Shown: positions 27,410 through 40,688 of the stretch, piece after piece
Position numbering within the stretch: the first letter of the stretch is position 1
How the letters are laid out: each line of letters begins with the position of its first letter
Origin: Eledone cirrhosa
Lineage: Eukaryota
DNA: 64,000 nucleotides
Reading direction: 5' to 3'
NCBI GenBank assembly: GCA_964016885.1
Contig: OZ024741.1
Location: forward strand, 181,598,001 to 181,662,000
Position numbers and translations under genes: made by a program
Notes under the pieces: generated by a model
The model's input: only the letters and a program-made list of their open reading frames with translations
What the model was told of the DNA's origin: nothing
The model's database searches: none

Positions 27410-29158
27410 CCCCGTTTAACATATTTTTTGTACCCCGGTTCTAAGTGTCATTTTCCGGTTTTTTATATCCCATTATTATAAAAAAAACACTATTATTTAA
27501 TCAGAAGTTTGGGTTTGTGGTCAAGAGTTTGATATTTCAAAATTTCATATTTTTCAAGAAAAAACACATTTAAAAAAAATTTATCAGTTCATATAATTAA
27601 ATCAACAGAGTATATATTTATTTTATTACACAAGCTTATCAAAAGCAAACAAGTAAAAAAAAATAACACTTATAAAGCAACTTATACACGTCAGAAATGA
27701 CTGGATTTCCTGGATTTGCGGTTGTGGTCCAGGTCTCATTCCCGCACTAGCCCTAAGATATAGTCCCCCATCATTTTTTCATTGTAGTGGCCCTGGTACC
27801 CCCGCTCTATCTCTTTCACATGTTGGTGGAATCGTTCGCCTTGTTCTTCTGAGTAGGCGCCCATATTGTCCTTGAATTTTTCCAGGTGAGCGTCCAGCAT
27901 ATGGAGTTTAAGCGACATCCTGCATCCCATGGTGCCAAAAGCCTTTATCAGATCCTGCACCAGTTGCTGGTAGTTTTCACCTCTGTAGTTGCCCAGGAAG
28001 CCCTTAACAACTGCCTTGAAACAGTTCCATGCTGTTCTCTCAATCCTATTGAGCTTATTGGAGAACTCGGTAGACTCAAAAACCTTCTTTATCTGAGGTC
28101 CAACAAAAATTCCACCTTTGAATTTGGCCTCAGATAACTTGGGGAAGAACTCAAGAAGGTACTTAAAAGCGGCTGATTCTTGGTTGAGAGCCTTCACAAA
28201 CTGCTTCATCAATCCCAACTTAATGTGCAGTGGCGGCATGAGCACAATCCTGGGATCAACCAGTGGCTCCCACATGACATTCCGGGTCCCAACTACAAAT
28301 TCTGTTCGCTGCTTCCAGTTCTTTCTTTTGTAGTGGTCAGAGGTGGCTCTGCTGTCCCAAAGGCAGAGGAAGCATTGGAATTTGATAAAGCCTCCTTGGG
28401 GTCCAAGCAGGAAAGCCACCATCTTGAAGTCTCCAATGATTTCCCAATTGTACTGGTTATATTGCAGAGCTTCCAAGAGGACTTTCACACTGTAGTAATC
28501 TTCCTTCAGGCAGACTGAATGAGCTAGGGGCAGTGTCGGGAACTTGTTTCCATTGTGGAGGAGGACAGCCTTCAAACTTATGGTGGAGCTGTCTATAAAT
28601 AGCCGCCACTCCTTGGGCACAAACGGCACCCCAATAACGTCAAACAGTCCAGGCACGTCATGGCAGAAGCAGAGGCCATTCCTAAGAGTCTAAAAGCCTG
28701 AGAAAGGTTCGTGTCGACTTCTCTGACTTGTCACCTGCACTTCCTCCTTGACCAAGTTCCACTGCTTCATCCTGGAGACGAATGCTTAAAACACAACTTA
28801 CCCTTTATTCAGGGTGCGAAATCCAGTATCAATAAATCTCTTTAATCAAACTTTTTAACAATTTTATACTTTTTTGCACTTTTATAATTTTCTTTAGGTA
28901 TTACTCATTATTTTATAACTTTAATTTAACCTGATACATATATAAAAAAATCATTTGACATAAGCAAATTAAACTGACATACAACGTAAAATCCAGCATA
29001 CAAATAATTCTAGTGAATAGCTTAGCATTTGTACAAACCCAAACTTTTAACTGTTTAATAGCACTTTTTTTCTTTTTTATTTATTTGGGACCTAAGCAAC
29101 ACAAAAAAGTGATTTACAAGCCAGAAACAGAGAAAACAAAAATTTTTGTTACACGGTG
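27410..29158 (-). mobile_element. Chapaev3-like DNA transposon with internal deletion and 3-bp TAA target-site duplication
   Basis: TAA|CCCCGTTTAAC...GTTACACGGTG|TAA, with imperfect long TIRs (AAGTTTGGGTTTGT / ACAAACCCAAACTT). The superfamily call is from recall of the motifs and TWA TSD. Confidence 0.7.
27736..28780 (-). pseudogene. DDE transposase C-terminal part (open for 306 codons)
   Basis: WRLFIDSS..LKAVLLHNGN, GDFKMV, CFLCLWDSR, PPLHIKLGLMK and SEEQGERFHQ. Confidence 0.85.
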
Positions 29159-29250
29159 TAATCACAGGCATTATGTATGTATGTATGTATGTATGTATGT
29201 ATGTATGTATGTATGTATGTATGTATGTATGTATGTATGTATGTATGTAT

Positions 29251-29845
29251 GTTGGTGCTACTGGTAACATGTATCCCAGTACAAACTGTCTCATGGTCGG
29301 GTCGTTGGCGACTAAACTGGCAACCCCACCAAGGTTTCTTGGTGAGGAGGGTGACTTTGGACATCCTGCAGGACTAAAAACAAAACCTGTCAAAGGGCAA
29401 AGGAGCTCTTAAGAGTCAATGGCCATCCAAAATCACCGGGAGTGATGATCCCTTAGCCTTTGTCAAGGCAGAATTCTAGGAGAAGGAAAACTCTGATATA
29501 ACACCTGCAACTCTGATGGTATCCAATGATGTGACTTGTTCTTCTTTTTGGTAAATATCATCTTGCTTAAGAGAGTGGGACTGGCTTTGTGCAGTGCCTT
29601 TGCTCACTATAAAAGCATCACGGCACAGGCATTGCTTTATATCTGGAGATCTCTCTGCACTTGTCGTCACATGGTACCATGGGCCCAGCACTATGTGTCA
29701 ATAATTGTCACAAGTGTAGTTTTTGTACCAGAGTTTTCAAGTCGCTGGCTGCACTAAAAGGTCACACTCGTTCAGCGCATCGGTAAGGGTTCTCCTACAT
29801 GGATATAAAGTGGTGGCCGTACTCGAAAACGAGTTGGCAGCCACC
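29251..29845 (+). mobile_element. RTE-derived non-autonomous element in (TATG)n
   Basis: Matches 16195-16819; perfect (TATG)n on both sides. Confidence 0.85.
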
Positions 29846-30157
29846 ATGTATGTATGTATGTATGTATGTATGTATGTATGTATGTATGTATGTATGTATG
29901 TATGTATGTATGCTTGTGTGCATATTTGTATGTATGTATATGCATATATGTATGTATGGACGTTCGTATGTGTGCATGAGTGTATTATTAAGAGCATAAT
30001 GTCAATATTTTGCTTGTTTTTGTATTGTTTCAGCTGTGATGTCTTTACATAACTGCAAGCATCATCACCAGCAATGGAATCGCTCCCGAGGACTAAATCT
30101 GAGGTGACAACTTATTTTGACACTTGTAGCCTCTACCCTATATAACTGTTGAATATA

Positions 30158-30836
30158 CTACCAACATTACCACTACCACTCCCACCACCACTACCACCAC
30201 TAGCACCACCACCACAACCACCGCCATCACCACTGCCACGACCACGACCACCATCACCAGCACCATCACTATCACCGCCATCACCGCCGCCGCCACCACC
30301 ACCACCACCACCACCACCACCACCACCAACACCACCACTAGCACCACCACCTCCAAGACCACCACGACGACCTCCAATACCACCAGCACCACCAGCACCA
30401 CCACCACCACCACCAACCACCACCATCCTCACCAACACCACGACCACCACTACCACCACCACCACCACCAACCACCACCACCATCACCAGCACCACTACC
30501 ACCACCAGCATTACGACCCCCACGACGACCACCACCACTACCATCACCACCACCACCACCACCAACCACCACCACCCTCACCACTACCACCGCCACCACA
30601 CGTCTATAATCACACATACACACAGAAACACACACATATACTTACACTCTTACAAATTACACCTAGGAATACAATCAAAACGACTACTGACATAACAACT
30701 ATAACAACAAAAAACCCACAACAAAAATCGCCACAATAAAAATAATAACCCGAACAACATCACCACCACCACCACCACCACCACCACCACCAACAACAAC
30801 AGCAACAACAGCAACAACAGCAACAACAACAACAAC
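30158..30836. repeat. Degenerate (CCA)n/(CAA)n low-complexity tract
   Basis: Seen directly; explains the poly-P, poly-G and poly-V ORFs. Confidence 0.9.
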
Positions 30837-30945
30837 ATATGGCATATGCATTTTGAATAGAGAGTCAGGATCTCCTCTATTACCAGCTGTGAGTAACAAG
30901 TTTGATACTAACAGGCAAGTAGTTCTCAAATAATATCTGAAAACA

Positions 30946-30979
<34 letters not shown>

Positions 30980-31132
30980 TATATATATATATATATATAT
31001 ACAGGCGCACATACACACACACACATATACGCGCGCGAGCACAACACAGAGACATACACAGACGTACATAGACACACACTGACACACACAGACATACGAT
31101 ACACACATGCGCACAAACACACACACATATAT

Positions 31133-31519
31133 ATAATAAATGTAATCTGAGTTTTTCGAATATCAATAATTTTTTCTGCTTTAGGCACAAGGCCAGCAAT
31201 TATCCCAGTGCATTACTGGTACTTTATTTTATCGACCTCGTAAGGATGAAAGGCAAAGTTAACCTCGGCGTGATTTGAATAATAACATTCGTTTGGTTTG
31301 CAATTATGCAAACAAGCCTCAATTTTATAGCCATGTCAGTAGAATGAACACTTCATTCTTGCTCTTATGTTGGCTGTTCTGTTCGCATGCCAACATAAGA
31401 GCAAGAATGAAGGGTTCATTCTACTGACATGGCTATAAAATTGAGGCTTGTTTGCATAATTACAAACGAATCGAATGTTATTAATAATATTCGAAACACT
31501 CAGATTACATTTATTGTAT
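31133..31519. repeat. Fold-back (~130-bp arms, 14-nt loop) with a SINE fragment inserted in the left arm
   Basis: 31279-31374 pairs with 31389-~31482. The outer arm 31133-31168 pairs with ~31480-31519. A SINE 3' half lies at ~31165-31279. Confidence 0.85.
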
Positions 31520-31670
31520 TCAACCATGTAGAGCGAAATTTTCTTTATATATATATATATATATATAGTTATGTAATAAACATGTTGTTTATTACATAAC
31601 TATTAAGCTCTGTTACCTACATAGAGCACTCTTTTTTCCTGGACTTTTCCGACGGAATTACTTCATTCAT

Positions 31671-31715
<45 letters not shown>

Positions 31716-31719
31716 GGAA

Positions 31720-31825
31720 CGAGTAGGACCCCGACGGCTGAGCTCAAGCCGTTTCGACGGCTAATTCTGGACGTCCAGAATTAGCCGTCGAAACGGCTTG
31801 AGCTCAGCCGTCGGGGTCCTACTCG
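31720..31825. repeat. Perfect 106-bp spacerless palindrome at the start of a dispersed repeat
   Basis: Centre GGAC|GTCC at 31772/31773. The right arm continues into sequence shared with 15138-15260 and 36398-36465. Confidence 0.95.
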
Positions 31826-31908
31826 GTCCTATTACCCACTCTACTACCCTAAGTATTGAGTACTTTGGTGCGTGATGGTCCACCTGGTTCCTTACCACAT
31901 TTCCTTCG

Positions 31909-31955
<47 letters not shown>

Positions 31956-32213
31956 TGTTTATGTATAAATATATATATCTATAAAAATATAAGTGTATAT
32001 ATATATATTTATATATATATCTGTATGTCTCTATATGTATTTATATACATTATATATATGTGTGTGTGTATATATGTATATATGTATACGCACAGACACA
32101 CAAACATATATATATATTGTGTGTGTATTATATAAGTATAATATATTTGAAAAATTCACAATTAGCAGGCACTTCTGCTTACGGACTGACGGAAACGCAC
32201 ACACACATACGTG

Positions 32214-32255
<42 letters not shown>

Positions 32256-32362
32256 CTCGCGCGTATATATATATATATATATTATACATTTACAATTATA
32301 CATACATATTCATATGTATATATATACATACATACACACACACACACACATATATATATGTA

Positions 32363-32416
<54 letters not shown>

Positions 32417-32761
32417 CACACAGATATATATATATGTATGCATGTATTTGTACACACACACATATATATGAAAACCATTGCCAACTTGTATAAGTAAGTT
32501 TTTCCCGGATTCTATATTGTTCTAGTGCTGTATTAGTAAGTATACAGTCGAAGTCTAGGTGTCGTGGTTGATCAACTAACTACTTTGACTAGCTTATAAA
32601 TATTTACCATTCCTCTTTTAGCCCGCATGGTTATGAATGTTTGTCTTCTTTGTAAACACTCCACGTAGAAACAAAAACAATACAACAGATACTTCCTCCT
32701 ATATTCATTCATATATTGAAATCTTAGTACGTGTATTGTATGTTTGTATGTGTATGATAAC

Positions 32762-34245
32762 ATAATGATTTCTACTATAGACACAAGGTCAGCAATTTGG
32801 GGAAGGGAAGGGAAAGTCGATTTAATCAACCCCCGGTACGTGACTGGTACTTTATTTTATCGACCCCGTAAGGATGAAAGGCAAAGTTAACCTCGGCGGG
32901 ATTTGAATTCAGATCATGAAGGGCTATAGCTCTATGCTGCAAAGCATGGCGTCTGACGCTCTACCGATACTGCCAATCCACTGCCCAAATAATCACTATA
33001 ATAATTGTTTCTACTTTTGGCACAAGGCCAGCAATTAACCCAGTGTATTACTGGTACTTTATTTTATCGACCCCATAAGGATGAAAGGCAAAGTTAACAC
33101 TCGGCGGGATTTGAACTCAGAATGGCAAGGGCCGTAACTCTATGCGTCAAAGCATGGCGTCCGACCCTCTACTGATACTGCCCATCCACCTGTAATAATG
33201 ATTTCTACTATAGGCACAAGGCCAGTAATTTGGGGAGAGGGGAAAGTCGATTAAATCGACCCCAGTGCATTATTGGTGTTTTTTTTTATCGACCCCGTAA
33301 GGATGAAAGGCAAAGTTAACCTCGGTGGGATTTGAACTCAGAACGTAAAGGGCCATAACTCTATGCTGCAAAGCAGGTTGTCTGACACTCTATCAATACT
33401 GCCAATCCACCGCCCTCTTAATTACTATAATAATAAATATAAAATAATAAGGGTTTCTAACTTAGGTGCAGTAGTAGAAATATAAGGGGAGAAGGAAGTC
33501 GAAGTCGATAATACCAACCTTAGTACTTTATACAGAACCCAGACTGGTACTTTCATCGATCCCGTAAGGATGAAAGAATAAGTAAAGATCAGGAATATAT
33601 GCCGTAAAACATTTAATACGATGCTCCGAACATTCTGTGAATCCACCGAACTTAAAAGTAATAAAATAATTGTTTCTACTTTAGGCACAAGGCCAGAAAT
33701 TACCCAGTACATTACTGGTACTTTATTTTATCGACACCGTAAGGATGAAAGGCAAAGTGAACCTCGGCGGGATTTGAACTCAGATCGTAAAGGGAGGTAA
33801 CTATGCTGGAAAGCATGGCGTCCGACCCTCTACCGATACTGCCAAATGATTTCTACTATAGGCACAAGGGCAGCAATTTTGGGGGAGGGGAAAGTCGATT
33901 AAATCGAACCCATTGTATCGACCCCGTGAGGGTGAAAGACAAAGCTAACCGCGGCGGGATTTGAATTCAGAACGTAAAGGGTGGTAACTCTATGCTGCAA
34001 AGCATGGTGTCTAATGCTCTACCGATACTGCCAATTTAGATGATGATTTCTAAATTAGCTACAAGATCTGCAACTTGTGGGGAGGCGAATATCGATTATA
34101 TTGACCTCATATTTGACTAATACTTTATTTTATTGATAAAAGGTAAAGCTGACTTCGGTGAGATTGGAATTCAGAATCTCAAGAGCAGGAACAAACACCG
34201 CAAAGAATTTCATCTAATGCTCTAAAGATTCTGCTGATCCATCCC
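32762..34245 (-). mobile_element. Cluster of about 7-8 same-orientation SINEs
   Basis: Repeated GGCACAAGGCCAG..TCGACCCCGTAAGGATGAAAGGC..GGGATTTGAACTCAG..CCGATACTGCCA units. Confidence 0.9.
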
Positions 34246-34321
34246 ACATAACAGTGGTAAAATAATAGATTTTAATAAAAAGATAATAATTTCTTCTGAA
34301 TTTGCTTTCCTTGCCGTATTG

Positions 34322-34539
34322 CAGGCATGTCAAACTGAGGGTCCTCTGAGGGACGCATGGGTCACATATGTATTTTCTGAGGGGCACACACAACAACTAA
34401 TTGCACACATTACAACTATTTTTTAAATTTTATATTACGAAGATAAAACATGCTTGCGCCGTAAAAAGCTTTGTGCGGACCGTAGGTGTGCTTGTAAAGG
34501 GTCACTTGCAGTCCGCTGGCCGCATGTTCGACATGCCTG
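34322..34539. mobile_element. hAT-type MITE with 8-bp target-site duplication
   Basis: TIRs CAGGCATGTCAAAC / GTTCGACATGCCTG; flanks CCGTATTG / TCGTATTG. Confidence 0.85.
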
Positions 34540-34867
34540 TCGTATTGCCTATGAAGCCGTTCCAGTAGTAGATCACTGTCATTTTTTTTTCTATGAAAAA
34601 ATGTTGCTAGCCCATTTGGTTTAACGGAGAAAGAGCTGCTGCGAGTGGGTCCACACAGTGCCATTTACAGAGCAACGTAGCAGACTCCAAGACGTGAAAA
34701 GAAGAAATGGAAAGAAGACATTTTTGAACACCGAAAGTGATTTAGGAAGATGTTAATCTTGAGCTCTATATATTTAAACGCACACACACATCTACATACA
34801 AGAACATAACGTGTTTTCTCATATATGCACTTATATATTTACATACAAACCAACGTGCACGAACACA

Positions 34868-34884
<17 letters not shown>

Positions 34885-34906
<22 letters not shown>

Positions 34907-35671
34907 AAAACAGAGAATGTTTGTCTGTCTGTCTGTCTGTCTGACTCTCTAAAACTCGAGAACCACCCAACCGATTGTTTTCAAACTTTACACATGTAAT
35001 ACTTATGGTCATGTGAGAGCTTTGAGAAAAGAATATTTCGAATTTTCAATGCACTAGGGACTGCATTAGGCGCCGTTTTGCGATCTCTCTATCTTTCTTA
35101 GTCTGTATTTTTAGATAGATACATAGCTATGACATCGCACCCTTATAATATCTGTCTGTATGTCTGGCTGTCTGCATTACGACATTATGACACTATCTGT
35201 GTGTATATATGTATATATAGTGTGTGTGTATATATATAGTGTGTAACATTTTTCGAAATATTTACTTCTGCGTTCACAGATTGATTTTTTTAGTTTCAGA
35301 AGATCCCGTTCAGGGTGAAAGCAGTGATTCTTCGCTTAAACTTCAATCTGTTATTTTAATATATATATATATATAATTATATATTCGTGTACAGATATTT
35401 TTGCATACACAGTAACAAAATATAAACAAACGTATATATTTCACGAGGCTCGACAGCAGCAAAAACAACAACAAAAAAGAGAGGGAACGCAATTACATGC
35501 TTTTGAAAAATCTTAATGGAAAATTATTTGCCTATTCACCCAAGGCAACTTCACTTTTTATTAGGACTTCTGCATCAATTGGTGAACATACGACGAAACT
35601 GTTTCAGAAAGGAGGGATAAACATGCCAATTTATGTTTAGAATCCCGAGCAACGACGGGCCATTCTGCTAG
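34885..35671 (+). mobile_element. Non-autonomous Helitron
   Basis: 5' (TA)n-TATAAAA..(GTCT)n..CAACCGATT; 3' hairpin CCCG-agcaacga-CGGG followed by CTAG|T. Confidence 0.75.
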
Positions 35672-35673
35672 TA

Positions 35674-35842
35674 CACATTAAAATAGACACCAAATACATT
35701 TTTACATTAAATGCTGATTTACGAACGTTATAATGAAGTTTTTAATCTTAAATAAGTGATTTTGACAAGTCCCAGGAGGGAGATGAAACATTCGTAAATC
35801 AGCATTTAATGTAAAAACGTATTTGGTGTCTATTTTAATGAG
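35674..35842. mobile_element. Small MITE or fold-back, ~55-bp TIRs, TA-flanked
   Basis: CATTAAAATAGACACCAAATAC...TTTACGAA (35676-35725) and its reverse complement at 35791-35840. Confidence 0.75.
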
Positions 35843-36045
35843 TAATTTGCTTCATATGTGATTATTATTTTTAGCACAATAGGATTTTGTATACTTTGGG
35901 AAATTTTTTCAAAGAAATATGAAACAGCCTTTTTTACTGCTTATTATGATAAATTACTATATTATGAGCTGTTTTTAACTTCTCCATCTATGTTTTTATA
36001 TTGCTTTTGTAAAAAACGATATCTATTTCATATATATATACATAC

Positions 36046-36227
<182 letters not shown>

Positions 36228-36340
36228 GCATGAATATATATATTCTTGATTATGGCTAAATGATGAGTCTTGTTACTACCTGTGAGTATCACCTGCAAAC
36301 TCACAGGATCATCAGACAATAAATGTGTGTCTATATATAT

Positions 36341-37503
36341 AAGTTCGGCTATTTATTTACCAGACTAAAAGACTCTTACTTTAGTCCAGAAATAGCCACT
36401 CTACTACCCTAAGTATTGAGTACTCTGGTGCGTTATGGTCCATCTGGTTCCTTACCACAACTCCTTCTGTGTTTGCATGCAGTTACCAGTTCGTCTTTTT
36501 TGTTTCGGAGTTGATCCTTCGTAAACAGCATTTGTAATGTTTCCTCCGAGCATAAGTTACACGGACGGCGTCCTCCCGTGTAAGAGTTAGCTCTGGACAG
36601 TAACTGCGAAAGACTTACCTCGCCCTCAAACCCCCTAACGATCCAGGTAAGTAGATGTACCTCTTATCTTTTCCTCTGTGTTTTCTTCTTCCCTTTGACT
36701 CCTCCTATCACTTCTTTCCAGCACCGATCTTCTTCCTCGTTCGTTTCTTTGTATTTTTTCCCCTTCGCTTACCCCGAGACAGCCCATTGGGCCTATTTAG
36801 CCTCAGTACCCCCACCCCAGTAACTTATATATAGCATTGGCCGATTACGCAATACTAACTATTCATAGCAGCTGTGTTAGACCCCAGATAAGTGGTATTA
36901 ATTTTTAATACCTAATTCTAAATTTTCAATAATTCTCATCTAGCAACTCATTCTATAGCATTGGCCGAAAAGCCAGCACCAACTAAATATAGCAGCTGTG
37001 TTAGACTCCTTAGTTTTTGTTTTATTTCACTTCTCACTTTCCAATCTTACATTCTGATACATCTTTCTCTCATTTTTTATTATATTCTTTTTTATTATAT
37101 TTTTTCATTGTCTCCCAATCCCATCTGATTTACCTATTCATTAACGTCCCACCTCCTTTTTCTATAGAAACCTTTTTTCGCCTACCTCCTCTGGCCTACT
37201 TTCATACACATTCCTTAGAATTTGCCGTGTAGATTTCACCTTCAACGCTTGACCGGCTCTACCCACCCCCTATCGTTCTACAGGCAAGTTCAGCCACCGC
37301 CATCCCGCACCCATGCCATGAAAGAATTTTCTGTGTCTGCTACAAATTTTGACCAATCCTCTTGACAACTACAATCTTCCCATATAAGAAAGTACCCCTT
37401 GAAAAGTTCGGCTATATATTTACCAGACTAAAAAAACTCTTACTTTAGTCAAGAAATAGCCGTCAAAACGTCTTGGGCTCTGCCGTCGGGGTCATACTTT
37501 CTC
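36341..37503 (+). mobile_element. Non-coding ~1.15-kb unit with ~57-bp terminal direct repeats (PLE pLTR/retrozyme-like, family E)
   Basis: AAGTTCGGCTAT..CCAGACTAAAA..CTCTTACTTTAGTC.AGAAATAGCC occurs at 36341 and 37404. Flanked by (TA)n; internal tandem repeat at 36830-37010. Confidence 0.6.
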
Positions 37504-37504
37504 A

Positions 37505-37555
<51 letters not shown>

Positions 37556-37591
37556 TTATTATATATATTTTATTATATATATATATTATTT

Positions 37592-37687
<96 letters not shown>

Positions 37688-37698
37688 GGTATGTATGG

Positions 37699-37780
<82 letters not shown>

Positions 37781-37805
37781 TATATGTATTATATATATAT
37801 ATATA

Positions 37806-38214
37806 TATTGTTATGCTTTGGGAGGGTCATGTTGCCAATAAGAAACACACCCACCAGTTGCTTTCACTTCAATTTATTATAAATTAAATTTATAAATTTA
37901 GGAATTTATAAATTTCCGGTTGGTTGATTGTTTCCACAACCAGACGATTGTTCATATATTGTCAAAGTTCTTTCGTCACACATTCTGTGACCTCTTCAGT
38001 GACTGGGGATTCTTTTCTTTGTTTTTGTGCCTCTCCTTTGTTCTGTCCTACGCCATCTTGTTTTTGTGTGTGTTGTGTGCTTAGTTTGCGCATGTGTTAC
38101 ATCCGGGTGTCTGCGTGTGTTTCTTATTGGCAACATGACCATCCCAAAGCATAACAATATCGGTTTCAACACACGTTTTCAGATAAAGAATCTTGATAAA
38201 AAAATGCAGAAACG

Positions 38215-38220
<6 letters not shown>
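37806..38220 (-). mobile_element. PLE-derived HHR-bearing unit with 45-bp inverted ends (family D)
   Basis: TATTGTTATGCTTTGGGAGGGTCATGTTGCCAATAAGAAACACAC and its reverse complement at ~38115-38159. Homologous to the PLE 3' end at 54490-54910. Confidence 0.8.
37961..38003 (-). ncRNA. Hammerhead ribozyme (family D)
   Basis: GTCA-CTGAAGA-G-GTCACA gaatg TGTGAC-GAAA-GAAC-TT-TGAC, with stem I GTCA/TGAC. Confidence 0.8.
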
Positions 38221-38311
<91 letters not shown>

Positions 38312-38472
38312 TATATATATATATGTAGAGGTTATATTTTAATTTGTTGAGATACAACACGCTAAAATATTTTTACAACTGATATAAAGCACTCAACAAG
38401 TTATTGGAGTAAATATACAATATATTAACAAATGGAAACTATATTTATAAAACCATATTTATTATATACATA

Positions 38473-38505
<33 letters not shown>

Positions 38506-38522
38506 ATATATATATATTTATG

Positions 38523-39135
<613 letters not shown>

Positions 39136-39154
39136 ATATATATGTAAATATATG

Positions 39155-39244
<90 letters not shown>

Positions 39245-39491
39245 TATATGTATCTTCGACGTGGAAACTAGAAAAATATATTTTTACTGGTTTCGACGTC
39301 GACGATAGCTGCGGAAGCGAAGAGAGTGTTGTTGGCGAAAATGATGTTGATGGTTGTAGTGTTTATTCTGTAGTGGTTGCCATGGGGATCATGATGATAA
39401 TAGTCATGGTAGTGCTGGTCTTAGTAGTGGTAACAATGATAATGATGGTAATAGTTGTGTTGTTGGTGGTGGTGGTTTCTGTTGTGGTGAC

Positions 39492-40007
39492 AATATGAGT
39501 GGTAATATGAGTGGTAATATGAGTGGTAATGATAATTCATGAGGTCAATATGAGTGGTAATATGAGTGGTAACGATAATTCATGAGGTCAATATGAGTGG
39601 TAATATGAGTGGTAATGATAATTAATAAGGTCAATATGAGTGGTAATATGAGTGGTAATGATAATTCATGAGGTCAATATGAGTGGTAATATGAGTGGTA
39701 ATGATAATTCATGGGGTCAATATGAGTGGTAATATGAGTGGTAATGATAATTCCTGAGGTCAATATGAGTGGTAATATGAGTGGTAATGATAATTCCTGA
39801 GGTCAATATGAGTGGTAATGATAATTCATGAGGTCAATATGAGTGGTAATATGAGTGGTAATGATAATTCCTGAGGTCAATATGAGTGGTAATATGAGTG
39901 GTAATGATAATTCATGAGGTCAATATGAGTGGTAATATGAGTGGTAATGATAATTCATGAGGTCAATATGAGTGGTAATATGAGTGATAATGATAATTCA
40001 TGAGGTC
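39492..40007. repeat. Minisatellite with 43-bp higher-order unit (12+12+19)
   Basis: (AATATGAGTGGT)2-AATGATAATTCATGAGGTC repeated about 12 times. Confidence 0.95.
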
Positions 40008-40087
40008 GTAGTAATAGTGTTGGTCTGTACTGGTAACCAGTAGGAATATAATGATAATAGTTGCGGTGATTACCGAGTGGTGATATA

Positions 40088-40487
40088 TAAATAATTGTTT
40101 CTACTCTTTTGGCACAAGGCCAGCAAATACCCAGTGTATAATGGGTACTTTATTTTGTCGACCCCATAAGGATGAAAGGCAAAGTTAACCTCGGCGGGAT
40201 TTGAACTCAGAATGGCAAGGGCCGCTACTCTATGCGTCAAAGCATGGCGCCCGACCCTCTACCGATACTGCCAATCCACCGCCCTTTAATATATAAATAA
40301 TTGTTTCTACTTTAGGCACAAGGCCAGCAATTACCCAGTGCATTACTGGTACTTTTATTTTATCGACCCCGTAAGGATGAAAGGCAAAGTCAACCTCGGC
40401 GGGATTTGAACTCAGATCGTAAAGGGACGTAACTATGCTGGAAAGCATGGCGTCCGTCCCTCTACTGATACTGCCAATCCACCGCAT
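40088..40487 (-). mobile_element. Two tandem SINEs
   Basis: Two full family units. Confidence 0.9.
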
Positions 40488-40640
40488 AAATAATGCAAAC
40501 ACATATATACATAAAGAAACTCCGTGCAAATCAAATGCAATAGACTATGTAACAATACACTTATCTTTGAGGTAAACAACAGTGACATTTGTGAAGTATT
40601 CAACCTAAATGAACAGTTTGGAGATAATAATTTTGTGGTG

Positions 40641-40688
<48 letters not shown>

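Larger units (their letters stand above)
26992..29171 (-). mobile_element. R4/Dong-like LINE 3' fragment, interrupted by a DNA transposon
   Basis: 26992-27409 matches 62811-63187. The continuation TAATCACAGGCAT resumes at 29159-29171 and runs into (TATG)n. Confidence 0.8.

Noticed and set aside
30133-30739. Pro/His/Gly-rich ORFs resembling extensin or formin
   Set aside because: All frames are open because of the (CCA)n tract; there is no splice or domain support.
38155-38185. CTGAAAACGTGTGTTGAAACCGATA on the minus strand as an extra hammerhead
   Set aside because: The core deviates (CUGAAAA) and lacks stem II; the other strand is better explained as the PLE ORF start.
39492-40007. CRISPR-like regular repeats
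   Set aside because: There are no unique spacers and no cas genes, and the context is eukaryotic; it is a tandem minisatellite.
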